From assembly GCF_009914755.1 (NCBI RefSeq), contig NC_060938.1: a stretch of DNA of 64,000 nt, one strand, 5' to 3'. Position numbers and translations under genes: made by a program. Under the pieces are notes generated by a model. It did no database searches. It was not told the DNA's origin and saw nothing but the letters and a program-made list of their open reading frames with translations. The DNA is from the human T2T-CHM13v2.0 reference genome, Homo sapiens. Positions 14,267 through 31,330 of the stretch are shown piece after piece (the first letter of the stretch is position 1; each line of letters begins with the position of its first letter).

Positions 14267-14834
14267 CAAATAGAAGTCTCATTGTTTTCCCTTTTGCGGC
14301 CTCTGAGGGATGCCAAGGTGCTGGAGAGTCTTGAGAGTGGCTGAGTCCATGTGGAAGTCATTATGTAACACTTGAACTTGTATGAGGCCCAGTGAATCCA
14401 TTTTGAAGTCTCTGGTTTTAAGTTTGCACAACTAACTGAAGTCATCAGGGAATGTGATGCAGGGGAGACTGGAAACCAGGATGCTTCAGAAGGTCTCTGT
14501 GGTCAAAACTTTTGAAGGCTTCAGCTCGCTGGAAGGTTCAGACTCTACAAATCTCAGTTGCTGGCCTCAGGCCTAAGGCTTGAGAGCGGCTTGTTGGCTC
14601 GGCCTATGTCCTGTGGTTGCCCTTTGGTGGGAAGAAGTGGGCAGTCTCCACAGGGGCCTACAAGGACTGCCCTGGCTTCCATGGTGGTGATAGTGGTGGT
14701 GGGGCAGACTCCTGGATGCTCCACCAGGAGTCTTCCTGGAAGGAAACGGGTGCTCTTAGGAAGAGGAAATGGATACTAGGCTTCCCAAAACAAACGCTGT
14801 CCCCAGAACCCAGTGTAGATGTTGTTCTGAGTTA

Positions 14835-15128
14835 TTTACTTATTTGGAGATAGAGTCTCACTCTGTCGCCCAGGCTGGAGTGCTGTGGCGCGGTCTCACT
14901 GCAACCTCTACCTCCCAGGTTCAAGCAATTCTCATGCCTCAACTTCCCGAATAGCTGGGACTACAGGTGCCCGCCACCAGGCCCAGCTAATTTTTTTTTG
15001 TTTTTTTTAATAGAGACAGGGTTTCACCGTGTTGCCCAGGGTAGCCTTGTACTCCTGAGCTCAGGCAATCCGCTCGCCTCGGCCTCCCAAAGTGCTAGGA
15101 TTACAGGCATAAGCCACCACGCCTGGCC
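14835..15128 (-). mobile_element. Alu (S/J)
   Basis: Antisense dimer, TSD TGTTCTGAGTTATTT. Confidence 0.9.
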
Positions 15129-16076
15129 TGTTCTGAGTTATTTTTGTTAATGAATTTCATATGAACATATGCTTTGTTGGTCAATATCAATGATCTAATG
15201 TGTAAGGTTTTAAAAAGCAAGAGACAGTGCCACAGTGGTAGTTATTGTCACACGCCATGTGTTCATCTTTCTCACCGGAACTGCTATTTGGAGATGCTCT
15301 CAAGTTTGCACTTTGACCCACACAATCTTGCCAGATCTTTGCAAGGTTCTTAGGAGGCAGCTGTTGTTTTACCGAATATGGTGTTCCCAGGAGAAGGACC
15401 CTTTGCCTCAGGAAACCAACATCTTGGATGGCCTTGCAAGCAAACAGGAAGGCGGGGGAAGAAAAAGCTGTCCCAAGACATCAGAATTGAACCCAGGCTG
15501 CCTGCAGCTGGGAACAGCACGGCAGGGACAGACTCCCAGAATCATCTGTGTTTGGTGCCTCTGCAGAGGAGCTGAGACAAGATGTTGGCAGGGGCTTTGC
15601 CCTTCGGTTTCATTGTTGATGGTTTTAAACTGACAAAAGCAGTTGAAAAGGTTGCAAAAATAGTAAGGCTCTCATTGACCCCAAGATGCTATGACAGAGA
15701 ATGATTGAAAGATTCACGTTAAGAATGTGACTCTTGAAAGTGCCTCCCAGAATTCAGACTGGCTTAGGAAAATAACTCGTGTGCTTCACCTCTGGGCTTG
15801 GAACCATCTCAGTCCAAATGGTAATGGTCTCAGAAAATTACCAGCCCTCGAAAATGAGTGTGGCGAATGGAAATGCTATTTCAGCCTTAAATGGAAAGAA
15901 TTAAGTGCCAAAACCTTCCATCCAGGTTCCATGACTGACAACAGTTAAACTGTGTTAGAGGAAGGTAACGTCACCAGGGAAGGTTCCCTGAAGCTTCAGG
16001 ACCCACAGAGCTCCCTTGAGAGACATGGTTCTGGGGTGCGGCAGCCCGCCGGCCAGGAGACAGGGTTAGAAGCTCA

Positions 16077-16406
<330 letters not shown>

Positions 16407-18074
16407 TTATGTGGGAACTTTTGAAGTTTGTCCCCAAAGCTCTTATCTAATAAGCCCCCCTCCCCGGCTTATTAGATAAGAGGGAGACTTGGCTCTGACT
16501 TTCCGAGTCTCTAGGCTGGGTGGCTTCCAGTAGACCAGCTATTCATACAGCTGACTTGACAAGGACACAACCCAGTGAGGTCAGGGTCCCCACCCACCCT
16601 GCTCTTGGTCAGAACAATGGGAAAGGCACCTTCTACCACAGACATGCGCCAAGCCCTGACCTTGAGCCAGCCTGCCAGGCCTCCATGCTGTGCTCACCGA
16701 CCACCAGGCACAGGCACTCAGGAGGAAAGGGAGTGGGATGGGGAAAGACAATCCTCGCCTCTGCCAGGAAGGCTCAAGGTCATGTGGAACAGGAGTTCCA
16801 CCCCCTGGACTTCAGTCCTTCTTCACTAGCTGCGTTGCCTCCCTTGACTTCCCCCATTTCTTCATCTGTAAAATGGCTACCATGAGAATGCTCACAGGCT
16901 TATAAGAGCCGAACTGAGAAACCGTGTGAAATTGCTTTGCAAACTGATCCGTGCCATAAAAGCAGAAGGAACCACGGTCATTACTATGGTAGGTCATTAC
17001 TATAGTAGGCACCCGAAGTCCTGTAATGGGTGTGACCCCACAGGCACTGCTAACTTGGGAGGGGTTCAGATACCCCTCCTGGGCACAGGCCTGATGGCAT
17101 CCTGGGTCCTTCCTCAAGACAAGAATCTCTGGCAGGAAAGGGGACCTGTGGATGGCTCTGTCTTAACCTCAACACAAGCTTAACAGTAGCTGCTAATTAT
17201 GGAGCATTAACTCTGTCCCCAGGCATGCTAAGAATTTTCTTCTCCCAATATCCATGTGGGGTAGGACCTGGAGCACAGAGGAAGTGGGCACAGAGAGGTG
17301 AAGTACTTTGTGCAAGGCCACACAGCTAGTGAGTGGCAGAGCCGGGACTCCCATCCAGGTTGCCTCATTCCTGAGTTAGTGCTCTTAGCTGGCATGCTGG
17401 ACCACATCTTTGTTTCCCATTATGAACTCTGTCCTGAGACAGAGGGGAAAAGGTGAGTCAGCTGCTTAATGCTGCTGCCCCTGCTGGGCCCTGCTCCTCC
17501 TAGGAGAGGAGCCTGAGGCCAATGCAGGCAGGGCAGGGAATGGGAGTGCCATCCCAGAGCCCCAGGGAAGGAGCACAGCTGACTGCTCCTGAGCGCATCT
17601 CCGTCCTAATGACACCAAGACGAGTCTCCTTCCATACCCTTGGCCAGTTTAATGGCCCGTGGAAAGTCCTTTAAGGCTAGCTTAGCCAGCCTCCTGCCCC
17701 AGTCTAGACCCAGTGGCTCTTTCTCTGTTCTCTGGGGAGATGGAGAATCATTCCCTCCTACCCACAATAACCTTTCTTATACCAAAGTCACAGATCTACT
17801 TAAAGCACCTCATCTTTTTCTCATTAGTCTAGTGATGGTGGCTTCCCCCTACCAGTTTGATTTGCTGTACACAGTGGCTAAATTTCCTGTCGTCCCTCCA
17901 GGCTGATGACAGGGTTGGCCCATTGGGCAGCCTTTTTCTAGTGTGGAGAGTCAAATCACAGTGCTGAGAGCACAAGACCTTTTGTTAACCTTCCTCTACA
18001 AAGTGCTACACTTCCTTAATGAACTGTAATGAGAAATGCATCTGTGGTGACAAGAAAATTAGGTGGAAGATAAT

Positions 18075-18300
18075 TGACTGAACCTATTAATCCCTCAATA
18101 TGTGCCATGACCTATGCTGAGCACTCTGCACATATTACATTATGTCCTCCTTGCAACCTCCAAGCAGGTTTTTTTTTTCCAACCCATTTTACAGATGAGG
18201 AAGCTGAGAGTGAACAGAAGGTAAGTATCTTGTCACTGATCAGATGGCCATATTGGTAGAGGGGCCAGGACCAAGCCCTGTTCTGTCCTGCCCCAAAGCC
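18075..18300 (-). mobile_element. MIR
   Basis: Core cccattttacagatgaggaagctgag. Confidence 0.7.
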
Positions 18301-18916
18301 TGGGCCTTAAACCTCAGCACGCTGCCTCACTGCTGCAAAGAAACCCAGATGCGGTAGGAACTGCATTGGCTTCTTGCTGCACCCCTTAATGTCTAAACCA
18401 GATAGAAAAGGGATTTCTTTACAGAGGCTCTGTAGAGTTAAGCACTTTTGTTTCAGACAGAATACTTCTTAAAACAGGCTTGGCTTTTTTCTCCCCAAAC
18501 ACTTCAAAATACAATTGGACAAATTCAAGCCATTTGAGTCAGTTAAGCAGTAGTTTCTTCCCTGACTAGCATTTATTGAGCACTTATTGTATGTCAAGTA
18601 CTTTGTATTCATTGTTTTTATTTAATTCTCATAACAACCTGAAATAGGTGATGTCATTGTGAGGTGGTACAGTATGGTGGTTAAGCATTTGGCCCTTAAA
18701 ATCTGGCTACTGCTTGCCCTACTGCCTGCTAGCTGTGTGACCGCAGGCAAGTCACTTAACCTCTCCGCGCCCAGTTTTCTTATTTGTAAAATGATGATGA
18801 TCATAGGAGAGTTGTGAGGCTTAAGCGCATTAATATATGTAAAGTGCTGGAACCAATGCCTGGCTTTATAGTAAGCATTAGTTATTCCCAGGACCATGTT
18901 ACTGATAAGGGAATAG

Positions 18917-19511
<595 letters not shown>

Positions 19512-19514
19512 CCC

Positions 19515-20135
19515 TTTTACCTTTTTAAAAAGCCACTTTACTGAGGTACGATTTACATACCAAAAAAATTCACTAGTTCTAACTGCAATTCAAGGACTTG
19601 TACTAAATTTACACTTGTGCAACTTACACCATAATCAAGTTTGGAACGTTTCTGTTATCCCAAAAGGATCCCGCATGCCCACATACAGTCACTTCCCCTT
19701 CCCACCCCCAGCCCTAGGGAACCACTAATTTACTCTCTGTCTCCATGGATTTGCTTTTTAGGGGAGACATTTTATATCAATGGAACCTACAATATGCAGT
19801 CTTTTGTGACTAGCTTCTTTCACGTTACCTGATTTTTTAAATATTTATTTACTTTTAAAGAGGGGAGTCTCATCATGTTGCCCAGACTGGATTTGAACTC
19901 CTAGGCTCAAGGGATCCTCCTGCCTCAGCTTCCCAAGGAGCGGGGATTTCAGGCACAGGACACCGCGCTGGCTCACATGATATTTTTGAGGTTCACCCAT
20001 GTTGTAGTTTATATTAGTAGTTTGTTCATTTTTATTGATGAATAATATTCCATGGAATGGATATGCCTCATATTTTTTCATTCACCAGATGATAGACATT
20101 TGGATTGTTTCCACCTTTTGATCTTTATGAATACC
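19515..20135 (-). mobile_element. Old L1M 3' fragment containing an Alu monomer (about 19850-19972)
   Basis: Antisense L1M 3'UTR motifs around an antisense Alu monomer. Confidence 0.65.
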
Positions 20136-20222
20136 TTTTAAAATTTTAATAATCTATTACGAAAAAATTTAAACATACAATGAACCCCCACGGGCCCATC
20201 AACCACCTCAACATTTAACATT

Positions 20223-20821
<599 letters not shown>

Positions 20822-21060
20822 TTAAAAAATTAACATTAACATTTTGCCATTGTTCTTTCATCGAAACCACTCACAATATATTTTTTTTTTCTGGAGTACT
20901 TAATTTCTCATAGGTAATATATTAATCAGGTTCTAAGACCAAGGAGTATAAGAAGATATTTCTTTCACTCTGGAAAGTCCTATCCCCCATCTGCTCAGTT
21001 CTCAGTTCCCTCCAACCACCGTTTTGTTCATGGACCCTTCCAGAATTTCTTTATGCATAT

Positions 21061-21475
21061 CGTTATCAGTCCATTCTTGGATTGCTGTAAAGAAATACCT
21101 GACATTAGGTAATATATAAAGAAAAGAGGTTTCACTGACTCTCGGTTCTGCAGGCTGTACAGGAAGCATAAAAGCTTCTGCTTCTGGAGAGGCCTCAGGA
21201 AACTTCCAATCATGGGAGAAGGTAAAGGGGGTGTGAGCCACTTCACATGGCCAGTGTAGGAGGAAGAGAGGAGGAGGAGGAGGTGCTAAATACTTAAACA
21301 ACCAGATCTCACGAGAACTCACTATTATGAGAACAGCACCAAGGGGGATGGTGTTAAACTATTCATAAGAAATCTCCCCCATGGTCCAATCACCTCCCTC
21401 CAGGCCCCATCTCCGACACTGGGGATTACAATTCAACATGAGATTTGGGTGGGAACGCAGAGCCAAACCACATCA
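21061..21475 (-). mobile_element. MST-family (MSTA/MSTB-like) MaLR solo LTR
   Basis: MST termini, 5-bp TSD CATAT. Confidence 0.88.
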
Positions 21476-21505
21476 CATATGCAAGAAAATATAAATATAT
21501 AGTCT

Positions 21506-21933
<428 letters not shown>

Positions 21934-24900
21934 GCCTTTTCTCACCTTTTACACAAAAGGTAGCATATTACATATACTGTTTTGTACCTTGATTTCTTTT
22001 TCACTTAATAGTATAGCTTAGAAATCTTTCCATATCAGAAGACAGCTTCCTCATTCTTTTATTTACATTTTTACAGCTACATATTATTTCGTTGTGTAGC
22101 TATACCATAAGTTATTCAATCAGCCACCTACTGATGGACATTTGGATTATTTCAGTCTTTTACTCTTAACAGGCAATGCTGTGGTTCATTGCCTTGTACA
22201 TATGTCATTCATCATGCAAAATATCTATAGGATATATTTCCTAAAAAGGAATTGCTGGGTGAGAGAGTATGTCCATTTGTAGCATTTGTAATTTTTACTG
22301 ATTTGCCCTCTTTGGCGGTCGTATCGATTGACACTCCCAGCAGACGTATACACTCGCAAGTTCTTGATTTCCTATTGCCTCACCAATAGAGTGAGTTATC
22401 AGACCTTTTAACTGTTACATAATAGTTCTGTTTTTTAGCTCTCGCCTCATTTTCTTTCTTTCTTTTACTCTTTTTGCTTTAGTTTATACATTTTTATGTT
22501 AAGAATTTTTGAATGGGCTATTCTTATACACCTTGACTCATGTTTTAAGGTTTTTAAAAATAACAGCTTTAATGAGGCATGATTCACATACTATACAATT
22601 CACCCATTAAAGTGTACCAGTCCATGGTTTTTAGTACTTAGCTCACTTTTAATGCTCATCCTCAATCTTTAAGAGTATTTTTTTCTAATTGCATTAGTAT
22701 TATGTATTTGGAAAAGCCAAAAAAAAAAAACAAACTACAAAGAAAAACATAACACTGTCACTTAGAGATATCCAGTTAACATTTTTTTAAAAACAAAAAT
22801 AATACCATATTGTAGATCACATGCTGAGGTTTCTTTTATCATTCTCAGTTCTTCTAAGTCTCTCAATTATGTGTTCAGCCTCTAGGTCTTCTAGTGACAT
22901 AATCGTCGGTGATGATAACAATAGCAATAATAACTATAATACTACCGACTTACTGAGAGCTTGTTATGTGCCAGCATTGTGTCTTACATACTTTATGTGC
23001 TCGATCTCAATTAATCCTTGAAACAGTTTGTTGGTCGGTACTGTACTCACCCCTATTTTACAGCTACAAAAACTGAGGCTCAGAGAGGTTAAGTAATTTG
23101 CCTCATGTTAAACAGGTAGCAACTGAAAAAACTAAGGTTTGAACACTCATCTATGCAACTTCAAAATCTCTAGTCACTCAGCTACAAGTTCAGACTAGAG
23201 ACATTCAGGACTGGTTAAAGAAAGCAGCCCCTCTCTCAGGAAGAGTCAGGAGGGCAGAGGAGTTACAGCCTCTCAACAGCAACGTTGGGGCCTGCCAATG
23301 CCAGTTCCTGATGCCCCCCTCTTTCTCAGGGCTGGTGAGTGCCCAGCGCCCTTCACCTGCATTGGCAGGATTCTGTTCTAGCTGTGTGTGGCCCTCTCTC
23401 TGCCCCTGGAGGGCCCTCCCTCCTTCAGCTTGTAGATAGGGAGTGGAATGGGTAAGGAGGTGTTGCTGGAGAAGTGGCCTATATCACAAGAAGGTGTGGG
23501 AACCCCTCTGGCAGGAGTCATCTCATAGCTCTTCCAACCTGTTGGTAGGGAATGATAGAACAATTCCAAATCTCTGCACTTCACAATCAGCCTCCCGTTC
23601 CCTGTCGCCACTTCCCACGTCCTCCACCATGTTCCATCCTCACAGACACTTTGGGGGCAACTTCCCCTGCAGTTGCCCAAGCCAAGTAGTCAGCAGGAGC
23701 TTCATGGCTGTTAGCTGGAGCGGAAGGCTGGCTGCCTGGTTGCCACAGCAACAGCTGTTGTAAGTAAGTGGTCCTTGTGACAGAAGACAATTTAATAAGC
23801 CAGATCTGGGGGCCTAGTGGGAAGGTTGCTAGTGGCTTTACTGGGTATCTTCTGTGGTGCTGGAGCTGTAGGCAGGCAGGTGTGACTGAGGAGAGTTGGA
23901 GTCGGGGGAGGCCAGGCATCTGCCTTTACCCAAGGGCTGGAGGCTTTTGTCCTGCAGAGGTAGGCCCAGCCAAGAGGGAGCTGCCTCCTGTGTCTTCAGA
24001 GATCCCGACACTCAGCTCTGGACATCACCCAAGGCCGAGGCCTTGCACTTCTGCTCCCAGCTAGAATGAACTAGCTTGTATCAGAGCAGTTCTTCTGCTG
24101 AGAACAACTGGACAATTTGGATGAAGCATAAGAAACATCTGTGTGCAGTTGAGACTGAGGCAGACAGGACAGGTGTCCATATCTAGGGCCCGATTTCAGC
24201 ACGTGCAGTAGCCCTGGGAAAATGGCATGCTGTTTCTGCATCTCTGTGCTCCTAGTAAAACAGCAAAACTCCTGGAAAGAGTTGCCTATCCTTGCTGTGC
24301 TGTTTCTCTCCTTTCATTCTTTCTTGAATCCACTCCAGTGAGGTTTTTGTCCCTACTGTTCCTCCAGAATTGTTTGTCAAGGCTGTTCTCACTTCATTTG
24401 CTCCCTAAGGGATCTCGCCTCAAGTCTCAGGTTCCTAGGAAGCTGACTCGGAGACGGAGGTTTGCATGCAGCAAGTTTATCTGGCAGTACTTTGGAATGA
24501 ATACTCGCAAGGCACACAGGATGGTGCAAAGGGAGATGCTCCACTGTGATGGTGTTGCAGCAAAGACTGTGGCTGACCTCCGGGGGTGCTCCAGAGCTGG
24601 GGCAGCCTCATCCGTAAGGTGGGGTGGGGAGTGCTGAGCAGTGTGCTGTGGAGGCATTACCTTGAGTCTTCCTAATGTCCTTAAGGAAGAGGTTCTGTCA
24701 TTGTCCCCATTTTGCAGGTGCAGAGGTGGAGGCTGAGTGAATTATACATCTTGCTCACTGTGGGGAGCTGAGACTCAAATCAGGTCTTCCTGCCTCCCAG
24801 AGCCCTAGCCACGCTTCTGCTTCATGAAGCCTCCAAGAAGCGTATTGAGGAAACTCCTGGGCCAGGTCTCTGGGAGGCCTGTGACTGTCACTCCCCTGGG

Positions 24901-26341
24901 CTGGCTGCTGGGAACCCCATCTTCACCATGGAACTTTCAGGCTACAGTGGAGGCTTCCCACAGATTCTGTCCTTATCTCCTTCTAAGACACCAAGGTGTC
25001 CGTGTTACAGGGTCTGATGGAGCAGCTCTGAGATGTTACAAGAGTTCGAGCAGCCTCAGAAGCAGGATGAAAGGATGAAGCCCCAGAGAGCCAGGCCTCT
25101 CTTCCCCAGCCCATCAGCGGCTGCTTTTAGCACGTGTGTGCACATTTTAGGAAGGGATGTTTCCTAGGGTGCTGCCTCCTTTCCCCACAAATGGCTCTGA
25201 AACTTGAAAAAACAAAAGTCAATTCCAAAATAAGCGAATCTCTAACCACTGGGTGAACCCCTCTGTGTCCCCTTGAAGAACTTGTATTTAAAGTGTGTGT
25301 GTGCTACACCCGCACACACACATGTGCTCTGATACACACAGACACATCCCTGTCCACAGCAAAGCTTGTGCCTGTGTATACACATAAGCACACTCACATA
25401 TTCACAAATATGCAGACCCAGAAATGGAAACACTGAGCAGCATCAGCACTGGGGTGATGCCACTCCTGCCCTTGCTGTCACTGGGGCTGTAGCTAGTGAT
25501 GCTTCTGCTGCTGCCACCTCTAAGGCCACCTCTAAGAGCCGTTACCCTCTAGGGAGCCCAGGCAGCATTCTCTGATCTCAGAAAACCACGCTTGCTTTTG
25601 CCTATTAGGGTCTGGGGTGATGTTTGAAGCCTGCAGGAATGGTTTTAAATATTGATTTGAGTCATCTGCAGAATCTTCCATTTCACTTGGGGTGTGCCCA
25701 TTTAACCTCTGGAGAGCTACTGCCAAATCACCTGCCCTACCTGCAGGCCCTCCTCCTAGGTCCTAGCAGTCCCCTGTGCAATGACAGTTGGTAGAGGTCT
25801 TGGAGTTTGGTTCTTGGTACAGCTTCTTGAGAGATCTTTCAAAGCAAGAGGACATCCAACTCAGAATTAAAGCAAAACTCCTGTTCCTACCCCCACACTC
25901 CCCTCCCCGCCCCATCCCAAAGGCATGGGACATAGGAAGTCAGAGGTACCAACTTGGGATTTACCTTCTGGTTCTTCCTGTCCGTGGAGCCCTCCCAAAT
26001 TGAATGCTTTTCAGCGGTACTCAGAGTACAAGAAATTCTTCCTCTGCATCATATTCTCTCTCACACACTTTAAAGTGCTTGCTGTGAGGCAGCCCCCTGG
26101 GAGTGCTGAGCTAATTCTATCCCTGGCTTTGTTCCTTTTTTCAAAATCCATGTTTAACCAGTTTGGCCCAAAAGGAACTTGGGGATTTCAGCGCTCCAGG
26201 GAGTGCCAAAGGCTTGGGATTGCACCAGGGATTCTGAATCTGGACTCCAAGAATGGACCTCAGGAGTTTGTGAGCCTCTGAAAGCACCTGCAGCTGCGTG
26301 AGAGTTTATGTGTGCTTTTTTCCTGAGGAAAGAGTCCATAG

Positions 26342-27090
<749 letters not shown>

Positions 27091-27785
27091 ACAGAATCTC
27101 AAGAGGGATTCTTAACAAGAAGTTGAGGTGGGGGTGCTGCATGCAAAGTTTTGTGTGACTCTGCCTTCTGAGAATAGGATACAGATTTCATTAGATCCCC
27201 AGAGAGTTCATAACTCCCTGATTTAATAATCACAGATACAGAGAATTAATGATGTTAAAGTATTAGTGTCATCTGAGAAGGTAGATATTTTTAATAGTGA
27301 TTCTTTTTCAAAATGTAAATGCATTTATTCATTGAAGAAAACTTGAAAAAAATCTTCTGGAAATCTTCCAAAAATCACCTATAATCCCAGCACCCAGAAA
27401 TAATAACTGTTTTTTTAAAAAAAGATTTCTCCAGTGTGTTTGATGTCTGTCTGTCTCTCTCATTCTCTCTTTCTCTGTGTGTGTATGGGCATGTACACAC
27501 AAACCTAGAATCATACTGATTTTAACATGATTTTTATTTATGTAATATCTATTTTATGAGCACTGTCTCCTGTTGTTAGTTTTCTAAAACAGTGTTTTTC
27601 AAACTTTGTTTAGTAATGGAACCCTTATTTTTAAACCGAATCTTGCACAGAAGTCTAAAATATAAAAGAGATAAAAGGTGAGATGCTCTAGTTAAAGCAC
27701 AGGAAGAGAAGAAACACAATTTGAAAGCTACTGCACTAAAAATATGAATTTTAATGGCTATATTGTATTCCATCATATGGACATA

Positions 27786-28041
27786 TAGGGTGACCAGATT
27801 TAGCAAGTAAAAATACAAGACATCCAGATAAATTAGGGTTTCAGATAAAAATGAATAAATTTTTAGTATAACTATATCCCAATTTGAATTTTAGATAAAC
27901 AAATACTATAAAAAAGAATACATTTTTAGAATAACTGTGTCTTACAGCAATATTTGAGACATACTTATACCAAAAAAATTATTTGTTGCTTATCTGAAAT
28001 TTTAATTTAACTGGGTATCCTGTATTTTACATGGCAACCTT
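27786..28041. mobile_element. MER53 palindromic hAT MITE with internal duplication
   Basis: tagggtgaccagatttagcaagtaaaaatacaagacatccag ... ctgggtatcctgtattttacatggcaacct TIRs. Confidence 0.8.
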
Positions 28042-29519
28042 GTGATAATGCATAATTTAACCACTCTCCCATTATTGGACATTTAGATTATTTCCAATAT
28101 CTTACTAAGAAATATTAAGCATGTATCTTTGTACCTACATCTTCATTACTTATTATTTTATAACACCCTAGAATCAAAATTGCTAGACCAGAGGTTGTGA
28201 ACATTTTAAAGGCTTTTGATGCATTTGCCAAGTTGTTTTCTACAAAGAAATGTACCTTCCACAGCTGTATGTGAGGGCGCCCTGACCCATTGTTACTGGT
28301 TTACATTTGCTCGTCATTCTGCCTCAGCAAGGTCCTGAGCCTCCAGGTGGGATCCAAGATAGCTAAAATGGATGGGGCCTGAAGGTGCTAAAGAACCCAA
28401 AGGGAGGGGCTGGTTAGCCCAATAGCATCTGCTGCTTGGGGTCAGGGATCAGGGCTGATAAGAAATAGGGTAGAGATGGCAGAGACTTCACCCAGGGAAA
28501 GTCAGCTCCAATCATGTGTTGCAGAGACCATCCTTTCTCCATTAAAGTAGCAGTAAGCTGTACACTAGGCCCATGTAATGCGTTATATTTAGTAAGCAGC
28601 CTTACTTACCATAAAGACAGCCATTCCAAGAAGGGGAGAGGCTACAGAGGAAAAAGTCTGAAAAGATTTTTTCCCACTTAAAAAATAACAATTACATAAA
28701 CATAGTAACAACCGAAAGGATGGAAAATCACCCATAATCTCCCATCCTAACAAATCACAGTTTTTAGTTTTCAGTATACCCTTCCTGTCAAGGTCCGTAA
28801 TTTTTACATAACTGCAATCACAAAGTGTATACAATTTTATCCTGCCCTTTCCTCCCTTTATTGTGCAAGCATTTTTCTGTACTGCTACAGAGCTTTCATA
28901 GCTAATATTATTATTGTTATTTTTTCTTGATTTCAGAAGTATAATTATTCAGCAAGATAAATGAGAACATCTAGATAAACAAAAATGGGATCAAAATGCA
29001 CATATTAATTTGTAGCTCATTTTTTCCCATTTAACTGTGTCTAGTGAACATCTTTCCACGTTAAAAAATGTTGATTTCTGCGTCATTTTTATAATTGCAA
29101 TGTGTTCTATTTAAGGAGTCTTCCATCACTTTTTTTCCGGGCTCTTTTTGGGGGTGGGGGTGAGGGATCAGCTCACGTTTAATGATGACACTTTAAAATT
29201 GTACAAGTATTTTCACAGTTGCCCACTACAAATTTAGCCTCTTAAAATGACAGGAAAACACCAACCAATCGCAGGTTAAATAAGTTTACCCCTTCAGTTC
29301 TGATTTGCAATATCCAATATTCTTTTGAAATATGAAACAGACTGGTAAAGGCCAACAGTAAATTTCTGCCCTCTTGACAGAGTTGGAGAGTTCAGTCCAG
29401 GTTCTATTATGGTTTAATTTTATAAGTGAAGAGATGGAGATTCAGAAAATTTAAATAACTTCTAATAGATCACATGTCAATGAGTGAGAAAATGTAGGCC
29501 TTTTAATTCCATATGTGGT

Positions 29520-31330
<1,811 letters not shown>

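Noticed and set aside
18195-18203. ATGAGGAAG (MRK) resembles the recalled GALNT16 N-terminus
   Set aside because: Coincidence: it is the MIR core sequence, and no TM-encoding sequence follows.
29138-29166. Possible G-quadruplex
   Set aside because: It needs an 8-nt loop, and such motifs are common in GC-rich introns.
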